Source: a virus
Taxonomy: Duplodnaviria; Caudoviricetes
Virus record (IMG/VR): IMGVR_UViG_3300046167_000167
Location: 1 to 53,240 of that record
DNA length: 53,240 nt
Direction: 5' to 3' (one strand)
This document shows, piece after piece, positions 29,739 through 39,009 of the stretch (its first letter is position 1; each line of letters begins with the position of its first letter). The notes under the pieces were generated by a model, which saw nothing but the letters and a program-made list of their open reading frames with translations, had not been told where the DNA came from and did not search any database. The position numbers and the translations under genes are program-made.

Positions 29739-30501
29739 TTGGGGAGTTCAAGGATCGAATACTCGCCCCAGCCCGTGCCAAAATCTTCCTTATCGGTTGC
29801 CTCTTTTATCGTAGCCAACACCTTGTGCATATTCTCGGTAGCATTATCCAATAAGTTGGGGCTTACGATATGCATATGGCTGGCATAGGGGGCCGCTTTT
29901 TCCACGGCAATGAACTTAAATTTGTCCACAGAAATACCCGCCATTCGACAGGTATAAATGTAGAAGGCTGCTTGTATGTCGTAGGAGTACTTCCAGCACT
30001 CTTTAGCAAATCCAAGGGGACTAGCGTCTTGAGTGGTCTTAACATCGTACACAGCTCCCTCTGAGGGTATGTAGAGGTCTGGTCGGGTCTTCAGCACTAG
30101 CCCAGTGCGTTCACACTCTGCAAAGATAGAGACTTCATTTTGACGATCCTTGTGGCGCAAAGCCTTCTTGCACACAGGGTTCTTCAGTGTCTCTGTCGCC
30201 ATACGATGAGCTACATGGTATTCTACTTCAGTCAGGACAATCTGATCAGGACCAGCATTCTCTTCCAACTCAGTAAAACCTTTAGACTTCCTAGTCTTTG
30301 GTCCCTTTGACAACAAGGTCACGATCTTCTTCTAGTAAGAGGGCGTGTACCGCTGACCCCATAGAGAAAGCTGCCGTCTGTCCTGCGTTTCTCGCCCTTC
30401 CAGTGGGCAAGAGACTTTTTAAATACCGACTTAACTGCGGTTGAAGAAATACCATTCTGTGAATGGTACTCCTCATTAGACATATTTTCTATTATGCCCA
30501 T
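29729..30501 (-). CDS. PD-(D/E)xK exonuclease (RecE / ExoVIII, DUF3799-like), split by two one-base frameshifts
   Basis: MSNEEYHS..ISST, then AFSMGSAVHALLLE, then KTRPD..DVKTT..YDIQAAFY..FIAVEK lie in three successive frames; extra bases near 30382 and 30305. Confidence 0.8.
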
Positions 30502-31325
30502 TATACGCGGTAGTCTTCGGCGAGAGTATCAACGGCATCCATAATACGATCAGCTTCAGCGAGATCTTCTTTCTGTGCTACTGCTTCACGATACTGTTCC
30601 TCTATACTCTTGTTCTCTGAAGTAATTAGATTTGTAACGTGAGCGAGGCTGTCGTAAGTAAGTTGATCCATAGGGATTGGACTGTTAAACGTAGGATGGA
30701 AGTGCATAACATAGAACTTCTTACCATAAGAATTTGTCAGTGTTGCCTTTGACAAGATGCTTTCAAAATCCCAGAGGTTCATACCCTGCGGCAGCTTTTT
30801 TACTACATCGTGGTAGAAAGGACCGAAGTTCTTAATCTTGCCTTCAAAAACACAAGGCTGGTTCTCAATGGTGACTTCACGACCATCTGTTGTCTTTCCA
30901 GTGTAACTTATAAGACCTCTAACAATTCTATACTTGGCCCTACCTTCAAACTTTTTCTTCTCCTCTGGAGACATTGCAATAGATTCTTCATAGGTGGGTA
31001 CGTTACATCGTAAGCCTCCCAATTGATCCCGCGCTTCATCGTTATTTTCATTTCTAATCAATAGAGATTTATTGATTAATTTATTGTCATCACCCCAATG
31101 TCTAAACTGGATATGGTTACTAAAAGCACGAAATCTTACATTTTCCGTGGCATATGCCTGATCTTGCTTGGTCTTCAAAAAGAATGCACCCATTGGACCG
31201 TTGTCGCCATCATAATTCATTTTTAACTCAGGGATGCTTGGCCCTGTTGATGTTGATGCAGCGCCTAGTTGTGCGCTAATTTCTGCTAACGATAAGCCGT
31301 TTTCTTGTACTACTAGTTCAGTCAT
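30501..31325 (-). CDS. putative ssDNA-binding or recombination protein
   Basis: 274 aa between polymerase and exonuclease; acidic C-terminus; function inferred from position. Confidence 0.5.
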   Translation of the reverse strand: MTELVVQENGLSLAEISAQLGAASTSTGPSIPELKMNYDGDNGPMGAFFLKTKQDQAYATENVRFRAFSNHIQFRHWGDDNKLINKSLLIRNENNDEARDQLGGLRCNVPTYEESIAMSPEEKKKFEGRAKYRIVRGLISYTGKTTDGREVTIENQPCVFEGKIKNFGPFYHDVVKKLPQGMNLWDFESILSKATLTNSYGKKFYVMHFHPTFNSPIPMDQLTYDSLAHVTNLITSENKSIEEQYREAVAQKEDLAEADRIMDAVDTLAEDYRV

Positions 31326-31349
31326 AACTCTTCCTCAATTTGGTCTCTC

Positions 31350-31378
31350 ATTATACGACAGTTAGGTGGCGTAATCAA
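31350..31378 (-). promoter_or_regulatory. sigma70-type internal promoter
   Basis: TTGATT-17 nt-TATAAT upstream of the 31325 start; the spacer contains CACCTAACT. Confidence 0.7.
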
Positions 31379-33528
31379 GCATATTCCTGTTGCTCTAGCC
31401 AATTTGGTCCGCCGCTGATTTCTATGTCTAGAGGCACAATTGTCTTGTACCCAAACCGCTTCTCAGCCTCTTCCCCGACACCTGTCATGGCCTCAGTCAG
31501 GATAGATTTTACTTGCTCAATCTCATCTGGATGAGTGTCCACGCAAATTGAATCGTGGACGGTAAGAGTAAGTTTGCTGCGTAAATCTGCTTGTTTAAAC
31601 AGTTTAAATGCTCTTATGCAGGCTAATTGCACAAGATCGGCGCTGAAGCCCTGCACCGGGTAATTAAGAATTTGGGTTGCACTAGTCACCCTGCCGTTCT
31701 TAGTTCTCTCAACATTAGGCCAGAAATATTGACGGCCACTAGGTGTCTCTACAGTTCCATTCTTGAGTGTTCCTGTCATCAGAGATTGATGCCAGCCGTA
31801 TATACCTTCGTAGATACCGTAGAACCTGTCGAAGTACGCCTTTATGTGGTCCGGCATACCAAATCCTGTACCCCCAAAAAGAGGCTGGAACGATGCCCAC
31901 TTATGACCTTGGCGTTCATCCTTTGTCACATGAGAGGCTGGCTTTTTAAGACATATACTGGCGGTCTGTCTGTGGATGTCCTTGCCCTCAAGAATATCGG
32001 CAAGACCTTGGCTATCTCTCGACAGTTCGCAAGCCGTCCTAAATTCAAGGCCTGAGTAGTCGGATTCAATCCATATACCGTTTTCAAATCGACTGATGAA
32101 ACACTTCCTTACCGGGAAACCTCTCTTCGGTTGATTTTGTAGGTTGATTGACATCCCGCCGCCGGAGGAAAGCCTACCAGTGGCAGCTACACACTGATTG
32201 AAGTTGGCGTGAAGGAAGCCCGTGTTTCTAGTTCCTCGCTGGATACCTGCCACAAAGCTATCTAAATACACAGACAGCGCACTGAGCCGACTGATCTTAG
32301 TCAGAAACTCTACTGCTATATCATTCTTCTTACGCTCTGCCTGAAGTATAAGGCCTTTGATGGTTTCCTTATCAGTCTTAAAGCCATTGATGCTGGCGTC
32401 GAAAGCGGTACTGGGTGACATTCTCAGGCCAGCGGCAACACCAGTGCTTTGGTATATTGCACCAGCACCCGTACAGGTCTTGCACTTAGTCCTGTTCTTA
32501 TAAGGTTCGTCAGTCTGAACCCGGTACTTCTTACCCAACTTTATTTTGGTTTTGACTTTGTACTTTTGTATCGAACCCATGCCGTTGCAGTCATGGCACT
32601 TGATCGCCCTAGTCTTGTGGACGATTTTAGTGGTTGCCCTGACAGCATCAACAAACTGGGATTGGGTCATAAAGGGTGGCCTGAGTGACTTACCCGCCTC
32701 GTTAGTTCCGATATTGAAGGTCTGTTGGTGAGCTTCCCGGCTGATTACCTCACGCGAGTAGACCACCTTGGTCATGTCCGCTCCGCTATTTAAATTAATA
32801 GGTGTATCACCCATTACCATTTCAACGATCTCATTCAGCCGCTTCTCTAATATCTCCTTCTCAGATTCAAACTCACGCTCAACTTCCTCAAGCGCGTCTA
32901 AGTCAACCTTCACGCCATTCATTTCTATCTCACATAGAAACAGAAGCATCTCATGCATGAAGGGTATTACTTTTTTAAGTGACTGATTATGCTCACGCTC
33001 AAGTATAGGGAGTTGTGCGAGGTATAGCTCTCCACAGGCCTTTACGTCTGCTTCGGCATATTCGTTAACAACTTCCAGAGGCATCTCTGAGAAGTCTACG
33101 CCATCCCTGAACATCTCATCAATTAACTCAGACTTCTTCAGACTTTTAACTTGGCGTCTGATGGCACTCTCTTTTAAAGAGAGCGGCCTACGCTGACCCT
33201 TGGCAAGTAAGTACTCGACTATCATGGTATCGTATACGATAGGCGGTAAAGTGAACCCCATCTCTTGTAGCCACTCAGCATCGAACTTCGTATTGTGGCA
33301 GACCATCATATCCGCTGACAGTAAGTCCGCCCGCAGTTCGTCCGTAGGATCACATCCTTCGTAGTCCTTGTGATACCAGACAGCTTTCTTAACGTGATCT
33401 ACTGTATCTTCACCTAGCCAGCCCCAGTAACCCGACACACACTTGTTGCGTGGGTTCTTTGGGCTGTTGTCTATTCTACCTTCGATGCGTTCTACCGTTG
33501 TTTCTAAATCTAATACTAATATCTTCAA
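31375..33528 (-). CDS. family A DNA polymerase with 3'-5' exonuclease and a DnaJ-like zinc-finger insertion
   Basis: ExoI DLETT, HNTKFD, TGRLSS, NLQNQP, motif A DYSGLEFR, NYPVQG, motif C TVHDSI; insert CHDCNGMG...CKTCTGAG. Confidence 0.95.
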   Translation of the reverse strand: MKILVLDLETTVERIEGRIDNSPKNPRNKCVSGYWGWLGEDTVDHVKKAVWYHKDYEGCDPTDELRADLLSADMMVCHNTKFDAEWLQEMGFTLPPIVYDTMIVEYLLAKGQRRPLSLKESAIRRQVKSLKKSELIDEMFRDGVDFSEMPLEVVNEYAEADVKACGELYLAQLPILEREHNQSLKKVIPFMHEMLLFLCEIEMNGVKVDLDALEEVEREFESEKEILEKRLNEIVEMVMGDTPINLNSGADMTKVVYSREVISREAHQQTFNIGTNEAGKSLRPPFMTQSQFVDAVRATTKIVHKTRAIKCHDCNGMGSIQKYKVKTKIKLGKKYRVQTDEPYKNRTKCKTCTGAGAIYQSTGVAAGLRMSPSTAFDASINGFKTDKETIKGLILQAERKKNDIAVEFLTKISRLSALSVYLDSFVAGIQRGTRNTGFLHANFNQCVAATGRLSSGGGMSINLQNQPKRGFPVRKCFISRFENGIWIESDYSGLEFRTACELSRDSQGLADILEGKDIHRQTASICLKKPASHVTKDERQGHKWASFQPLFGGTGFGMPDHIKAYFDRFYGIYEGIYGWHQSLMTGTLKNGTVETPSGRQYFWPNVERTKNGRVTSATQILNYPVQGFSADLVQLACIRAFKLFKQADLRSKLTLTVHDSICVDTHPDEIEQVKSILTEAMTGVGEEAEKRFGYKTIVPLDIEISGGPNWLEQQEYA

Positions 33529-33671
33529 AACGGCGGCTCCCCATTAGCATCGAGCGCAGGCATCTTGAATGAGTAGTCACGATCTACTGGCTTCTGTTTA
33601 GGGGTGGGATTAATTACGCCTACTTCGGATAGAAGCAGCGCAAGTTGCGGGGGTAAGATCTCACACTTCAT
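33525..33671 (-). CDS. 48-aa hypothetical protein (not in the ORF track)
   Basis: MKCEILPPQL...DANGEPPF; start overlaps the helicase end and stop overlaps the polymerase start. Confidence 0.6.
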   Translation of the reverse strand: MKCEILPPQLALLLSEVGVINPTPKQKPVDRDYSFKMPALDANGEPPF

Positions 33672-34878
33672 ATCGAGAGGTCTGCGCATTGAGATTACAA
33701 ATTACTGTGCCGTGCCATCCACTGATCTTATTCTTCATCACAGTAAGATACCGTGTGGGATCGTCTGGGTTATCTGCATCGTTCATTTTACCAGCACCTA
33801 TCAAGATGTCGGTCTCTGCAATCTTACCTACCTTCGATCCCTCAAGCATAGTGGGAGTAAGCCGTGTCTTACCCTCTGCCTCTGCACTCGCCTGACTAAG
33901 ACCAATTAATGCACAGTTGTGTTTTTTGGCTAACTCCCGCAGACGATAGTACAGTTCTCGCAGTCTTTCGTGACCACTATTAAATTGCTGTGTAAGAGCA
34001 ATCTTATCGGCCATGTCTAGAATACATACGCCGCACTGTTGTTTGTTTAAGTATGCGTCCAGCATCTGGATGTCCCAGCCTTGGGCGTCAGCAAACACTA
34101 AGCGGTCCTTGATTCCTGAGTACCGGGCTTGCGCTGCGTGAGGATCGAACTCTATTTCGTCCTTGGTCATTCCAGTGTACGCTTGTATAGCCCTCAACTT
34201 AGTGCGTTTGGCTACTTCTTCGTTTGCCACATAACAAACTTTGGCATTTTGCTGACAGAAACCTCCCGGGGATGCACACAGAGAGATGGCTAAGGCAGTC
34301 TTACCTACGTTTGAATACGCTGCAATGACACCAAACTCACCTCGACCAATACCGTAAACATGACGGCTCAAGGTCTCTATGTTGAATTTGAATCTGTTGT
34401 CGTTGCTTACTACTGACAGTAGCTCATAGATATCGTCGGTCACATCCTCGCCAAAATCATCTGGCATATAGCCGTTTGATACCCGGTCTACTAAAGTGAC
34501 CAGCTTATCCATCGCCCCAGTGTCACCTTCGGACATCATTATGCCAAGGTTGGCTACGTCTGTACCGATGTGCTGACGCCATAGGTTTTCTATAACGTCT
34601 GTTGCTATTTCTGCGTCTATTGTCTCCGCGTTATTTATGCAGTTGATCTGGTCTTCAATCTCAGCGGTCCACGAACCCGTCGATGTTGGGTTCTGCGCCT
34701 TCCAAAATGCAAACAACTCCAAGGAGCTAATGTCCTTGTTGAATTTATCGTGCATGGTTACGATTGTTTGGTACACATCCTTTACTGCATCGTCGAATAT
34801 ACTTGGTCTCAGCTTTGCCTTGTTTTGATTATAGAAATCAACATCGAGGCAGCTTTTTATGAGTGATTGGTCTATCAT
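33661..34878 (-). CDS. DnaB-like (SF4) replicative helicase
   Basis: Walker A AYSNVGKT, Walker B ILDMAD, LSQAS, KNKISG; likely start ATG 34878. Confidence 0.9.
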   Translation of the reverse strand: MIDQSLIKSCLDVDFYNQNKAKLRPSIFDDAVKDVYQTIVTMHDKFNKDISSLELFAFWKAQNPTSTGSWTAEIEDQINCINNAETIDAEIATDVIENLWRQHIGTDVANLGIMMSEGDTGAMDKLVTLVDRVSNGYMPDDFGEDVTDDIYELLSVVSNDNRFKFNIETLSRHVYGIGRGEFGVIAAYSNVGKTALAISLCASPGGFCQQNAKVCYVANEEVAKRTKLRAIQAYTGMTKDEIEFDPHAAQARYSGIKDRLVFADAQGWDIQMLDAYLNKQQCGVCILDMADKIALTQQFNSGHERLRELYYRLRELAKKHNCALIGLSQASAEAEGKTRLTPTMLEGSKVGKIAETDILIGAGKMNDADNPDDPTRYLTVMKNKISGWHGTVICNLNAQTSRYEV

Positions 34879-34929
34879 TAGTTGGCCTTTTAAATTGCTC
34901 GATGACGCCACCTTATAGAATGTTTTAAG

Positions 34930-34960
34930 CAAAAAAAAGCCCCACCAAGAAGGTGAGGCC
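34930..34960 (-). terminator. terminator-like hairpin upstream of the helicase
   Basis: GCCTCACC-TTCTT-GGTGGGGC followed by a T-run on the minus strand. Confidence 0.6.
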
Positions 34961-34991
34961 AATTTAATTTATAAGCAGTTGATTTTGTTCG

Positions 34992-35198
34992 TTAGTTTGA
35001 TCTAAACTTCATTTTAGACAAATTTACTGAGCCGGGAGGTCCACGGCGCTCACGCAACTCCACTTGGTAGTGGACTATGCGTTTGTTACTTTCACAATAA
35101 TCTTTGATTAGTTTTTCCAGTGCATCCTCTTCGATGCCTGCTTCTCGGAAACCACCTTCGATTTCCATATCCATGATCGCTATTCCGCGTGCTTTCAT
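34992..35198 (-). CDS. hypothetical protein
   Basis: 68-aa ORF between primase and helicase, followed by a terminator. Confidence 0.6.
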   Translation of the reverse strand: MKARGIAIMDMEIEGGFREAGIEEDALEKLIKDYCESNKRIVHYQVELRERRGPPGSVNLSKMKFRSN

Positions 35199-35388
35199 TG
35201 TACCATTCCCTTTGCTTTAACGTCTGTACTGGTATCGTAGACGAATATTTTTTCACGCAGCGGATTGACTGCGCCCCCATATTTTTATTTCAGTTTATTG
35301 AGGGGGAGCCTGATGAGGATTTTGCCAGCTTGATGGCTTCTCCCCAAACTGGGCGCAGGTATAAATAACACCTGACGTATTATTGGTT

Positions 35389-36156
35389 TTAATAATCACA
35401 ATTAAGTACCTTAGTTATTCGTTTAACTGATAGGCACTTTAGATCCTCGCTTGTGAGTCTTACAAATAGCTTAGTTCCAAGCGCCTTACTAATGCGTAAT
35501 GCCTTTTTAGATGCATCCTTGTCAAGAACTAAATATTTTGTGGAATATAAATGCAGAGAATTTTTAATTGCTGGAGTGACATTAGTACCAAGCAACGCCA
35601 CACCAACTAATCCATCAATCCGACTCACACTACAGGCGCTAGGGGCATCCTCAACTAAGACTGCGGTTTCACCTGTACCAATGTGTATTCCTTCGGGAAG
35701 TGATCCATATGTAATCCACTTAGGTCCGTATGCTTTGAGTGATCTACCTACTGCACCTTCTCCATTACAGAATAACACCCGGTCTTCAGCGGGAGCATAT
35801 CGGACATCTACCAAACCGCTTTCGTATGCTTCTAGGCTGTTGTTCTTTTCTAGGTAGTCGATGGCTGGTTGATGGTTTCTGACTGATGTAGTCATCGAAG
35901 GTACAGGCTTTCTAAAAGCAGTCTTCATGCTAACTTCATTTGCTAGATAGTTTTTGACTGCCTGAAGGTTACGTTTACCTGTGTAAATTCCTTTGGCAGA
36001 GCAACTGGCTCTGTAACAGTTCCACATTAACTTACCATCAATCTTTGATAGAGCTAACTTCTTTGGTTGATAGCAAAATGGACAGGTTATTACTTTTGTA
36101 ACACCTTCTTGGATAGGTATATCTTTTATTATCTGTAGTTGTTCTTGATAGGTCAT
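35389..36156 (-). CDS. DNA primase (zinc-binding plus TOPRIM)
   Basis: CPFC...WNCYRASC zinc domain; LVEDAPSA, ALLGT, LDKDA TOPRIM motifs. Confidence 0.9.
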   Translation of the reverse strand: MTYQEQLQIIKDIPIQEGVTKVITCPFCYQPKKLALSKIDGKLMWNCYRASCSAKGIYTGKRNLQAVKNYLANEVSMKTAFRKPVPSMTTSVRNHQPAIDYLEKNNSLEAYESGLVDVRYAPAEDRVLFCNGEGAVGRSLKAYGPKWITYGSLPEGIHIGTGETAVLVEDAPSACSVSRIDGLVGVALLGTNVTPAIKNSLHLYSTKYLVLDKDASKKALRISKALGTKLFVRLTSEDLKCLSVKRITKVLNCDY

Positions 36157-36199
36157 TTACTAGCCGTTGGTTATACTGCCCCTCCAAAGGGACAGCGTC

Positions 36200-36227
36200 A
36201 GCTTATACAGATTACTAAACCTGTCAA
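36200..36227 (-). promoter_or_regulatory. candidate promoter for the primase operon
   Basis: TTGACA (36227-36222), 16 nt, TAAGCT; preceded directly by AATTAGGTG. Confidence 0.5.
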
Positions 36228-36331
36228 CACCTAATTAAATGCTTTTGTAAATGTTTTACCACGCCACTTAAAGTTAGTAGGTATTTATAATAATCGTTAA
36301 TTTATCGTTTAAATACAATACTTCCTACCAC

Positions 36332-36369
36332 TCAATTGGTCGTAGGTTCGATCCCTACCGCCGGAGCCA
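36332..36369 (+). other. attP core matching the 3' half of a host tRNA (probably tRNA-Asn)
   Basis: TCAATTGGTCGTAGGTTCGATCCCTACCGCCGGAGCCA = anticodon-stem 3' strand, T-arm GGTTCGATCC and acceptor strand plus CCA, with no 5' half; near a tyrosine integrase. Confidence 0.85.
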
Positions 36370-36470
36370 TTTGTTTATATAACAGTCACTTACCTCAGTA
36401 ATGTAGAAAAAATGGCATGGCAGAATGCATCGTGGCAGTCTGCCATTTCTACCATTTTTTCAAAGGTAAC

Positions 36471-37220
36471 TTACTGATTCTCACGCTCTTTAGCTCGTTG
36501 GCGTTCTTCGGCAGTCATTGATCGGATGGTAGGATACTCTTTTCCCATCAACGCGGCCCACGATACGGGAAACAATTCTTCCATATATTCGCTGATCTTA
36601 TTGGCTACCACCCGGCTCTCATACTGGGTGTCATGGGCGCAACGAAGCTTACACATCTTGCTCACGGCCTTCAGGCTACCTGACCACACCCAAGAGCTTA
36701 ACATCGACTGAGGAAGCAGCATACGGGCTTGCTCTGCGGCAACGCCTTGGGCAATCATCTTTCTGTAATCACCCAAGCACTTTTCATGTATCTCTTTAGC
36801 GTAAATATTGGGAAAGTACTGGGACTCTGCCGCACCGCTGGACCCTTGCTTTGAGTTTTTAGGTTTACCACGCCATTCGTCTGGAGTGTAGAACTCAGGG
36901 TCGGTGTCGATGTAGCGGCGGCTGACCTGATTCCAAGGCATATACTCATGTTTCTGAAGTTGGGCGATACAGAATACAGGGGCCGTGCATCTGAAGGTTA
37001 CAAATGCGTGGTTAAAGGGACTGTAGTGTTGGTGATCAGCTAAGTACTTAATAAGTTTTTTATCACTGTCGTGGATGACGGGTATCATATTACTATCTGA
37101 TGAACCTGTGTAGCCCAAAGCTACACTTTTCTTGTCGTAACTGACCCTCGCCGCATCTACCACTGATAGATCGTCGCCAGTGTGTCGCACATACTCTACA
37201 GTTATTTGTTCTACACCCAT
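36471..37220 (-). CDS. thyX: FAD-dependent thymidylate synthase
   Basis: VVDAARVSY, HYSPFNH, QLQKH..WNQVSRRY, EQARMLLPQS, LRCAHDTQYE. Confidence 0.9.
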   Translation of the reverse strand: MGVEQITVEYVRHTGDDLSVVDAARVSYDKKSVALGYTGSSDSNMIPVIHDSDKKLIKYLADHQHYSPFNHAFVTFRCTAPVFCIAQLQKHEYMPWNQVSRRYIDTDPEFYTPDEWRGKPKNSKQGSSGAAESQYFPNIYAKEIHEKCLGDYRKMIAQGVAAEQARMLLPQSMLSSWVWSGSLKAVSKMCKLRCAHDTQYESRVVANKISEYMEELFPVSWAALMGKEYPTIRSMTAEERQRAKERENQ

Positions 37221-38348
37221 TTATAGTAATCCTCTTTTAGTATTAGCTGCGGTACTTTCAGTCTCGCCCTCGATTGCGTAGACTACTAGCATCGAAGGGT
37301 TCTTGTGGCCTGTGAGGGACATCAACTGTCTGTCAGTACATCCTGATTGGCTTGCATGGGTTGCTCCAGTGCGCCGTAGGTCAGACATCCAGATTGTCGA
37401 ATACTTTTGACTGCCATCTTTGTTGAATTGTCCCTCTAAGGCGACTTCAGGTAGACCGTAGCCATCAGCCATCTTTCGGAAGATCTTGTTGCATCTATCC
37501 TGCGTGAACGGCTTGCCAGTATTTTCGTTGGCGAAGATGTAATCGTCTGAATTACGCTTGGCGTGAAGGTGCAGACGATCTTGTACAGCATTGGTGACCT
37601 TAATACGCATCTGCTTTCCTGTCTTTTGCTGGGTAAAATTAGACACTCCAGTAAGCCCATCAATGTTGGCCCACTTCATCGATCGTACATCAACAGGACG
37701 CTGGCAGAACTCAAAGCACATACGGATCATAGTACCCATGCTATAGAAGCCTTGTTCGTCACAGTACTCAATCATCCCGTCGATTTGATCTAATTCCCAT
37801 AAGACCCGACGAACAGGAAGTTGCGGAAGCTTGACCAATGCAAACGGGTTAGCCTTGACCTTCCCTGCGCGGAGAGCTTCGTTCCAAATGATCTTTAGAA
37901 CCTTGAAGGTGTGGTTAGCTTTGTGTGTACTGATCTTATTAGCTATGTGTAGCCACAGTGCGTTAGCATATTCGTAGTCAACGTCTGACACATGAAGTTT
38001 ACCAAAAGGTTTACCAGTAACGTGTTCGGGTAGAACGTGCCTGATGTGGTCATCGTATGACCGCTTGGTAGAAGGACTAGCTATAGTCTGAAACTTCATG
38101 GAATTTTTATAATATTCAGTCAGAGCTTCGACTGACCGTTTATCTACAAATACATCCTCGACATTACCTGCCTTCCAAGCTTCAAACTTACGTTTCAGTT
38201 CATACCCACGGGCGTTAGCCTCGGCGCTGTCAGTAAGTGTGTCTCGCTTTAGATCTGGGAACGCTCTGAGTAGTTCGTCGGTGGGCCTGATGTCATAGAC
38301 GCGGGTGTTACCTTTCATTCGAGGGCGGACATAGGGAGCTTTAGCCAT
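37221..38348 (-). CDS. int: tyrosine recombinase / integrase
   Basis: CQRPVDV (R), QQKTG (K), SDLRRT, GHKNPSMLVVY (H..Y); likely start ATG 38348. Confidence 0.9.
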   Translation of the reverse strand: MAKAPYVRPRMKGNTRVYDIRPTDELLRAFPDLKRDTLTDSAEANARGYELKRKFEAWKAGNVEDVFVDKRSVEALTEYYKNSMKFQTIASPSTKRSYDDHIRHVLPEHVTGKPFGKLHVSDVDYEYANALWLHIANKISTHKANHTFKVLKIIWNEALRAGKVKANPFALVKLPQLPVRRVLWELDQIDGMIEYCDEQGFYSMGTMIRMCFEFCQRPVDVRSMKWANIDGLTGVSNFTQQKTGKQMRIKVTNAVQDRLHLHAKRNSDDYIFANENTGKPFTQDRCNKIFRKMADGYGLPEVALEGQFNKDGSQKYSTIWMSDLRRTGATHASQSGCTDRQLMSLTGHKNPSMLVVYAIEGETESTAANTKRGLL

Positions 38349-38628
38349 TAGACAGACCCTTTCTGTAGTCTTGCCAAAGCAGACTGTAGGAGATTTCGTG
38401 GTACTGGCAGTAGCCGATAGCAGCATACATAGTCTTTGCATCCGTACTATCGTCTATCTCTGCATAGATACCGTCTTCCCGCATTTCTAACGTGAACCAG
38501 TAGTTCTCATCATCGTGCCAGTGTAGCTGAGTAGCTTCCTTAGTGGTGCTACAGTGCATTTGACCAATAACCTCAGTCAGACCGCCAATAGACCATATAA
38601 ACTTGCTGAATACTGCTTCCTTAGACAT
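38341..38628 (-). CDS. hypothetical protein bracketed by 20-bp direct repeats
   Basis: MSKEAVFSKFIW...; overlaps the integrase start. Confidence 0.7.
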   Translation of the reverse strand: MSKEAVFSKFIWSIGGLTEVIGQMHCSTTKEATQLHWHDDENYWFTLEMREDGIYAEIDDSTDAKTMYAAIGYCQYHEISYSLLWQDYRKGLSNG

Positions 38629-38878
38629 TAGACAGACCCTCATACTGCTCAATTGCGTAGAGCATCTTCAGCATTATATTTACGTCCCGCTTTCGGAACT
38701 CTAGGTGGCGTGTGGTCTGGCAGACAACGTCATCACCGTGTTCAAAGTTCTGTGCGTGGTAGTCCTGCGCCAGAGCTTTAATCTCTTCCAAAGTGAAGCA
38801 CACCTTAACGTCTGATGGGCTAGATACTTCTGCTATGCTGCGTGTAGGTTCAACGCAATTTCCTAATTCAAAGTTCAT
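38621..38878 (-). CDS. hypothetical protein, first gene of the integrase operon
   Basis: ATG 38878 preceded by AACCAACCAACAAGGACCAATAAC. Confidence 0.7.
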   Translation of the reverse strand: MNFELGNCVEPTRSIAEVSSPSDVKVCFTLEEIKALAQDYHAQNFEHGDDVVCQTTRHLEFRKRDVNIMLKMLYAIEQYEGLSNV

Positions 38879-38957
38879 GTTATTGGTCCTTGTTGGTTGG
38901 TTAACAGGGCCATCTAACAAATAAGTTAACAGGCAGTCAAGTAAAAGTTAACAGTCA

Positions 38958-38983
38958 CAAAAAAAGACTGCCGAAGCAGTCTG
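38958..38983 (-). terminator. intrinsic terminator
   Basis: AGACTGC-TTCG-GCAGTCT followed by a T-run on the minus strand. Confidence 0.8.
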
Positions 38984-39009
38984 ATTTCCCCACGCGAACT
39001 GGTGTATAT

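Noticed and set aside
30300-30390. Split exonuclease as three genes or double recoding
   Set aside because: Two single-base insertions in short purine runs restore one continuous RecE-like ORF; same error pattern as elsewhere.
35199-35388. Gene or ncRNA between primase and the 68-aa ORF
   Set aside because: Only short ORFs without a convincing RBS, and no clear structure seen; cannot be supported.
36295-36369. Complete tRNA gene
   Set aside because: Only the 3' half is present; the upstream sequence cannot form the D-arm or the acceptor 5' strand. Interpreted as attP.
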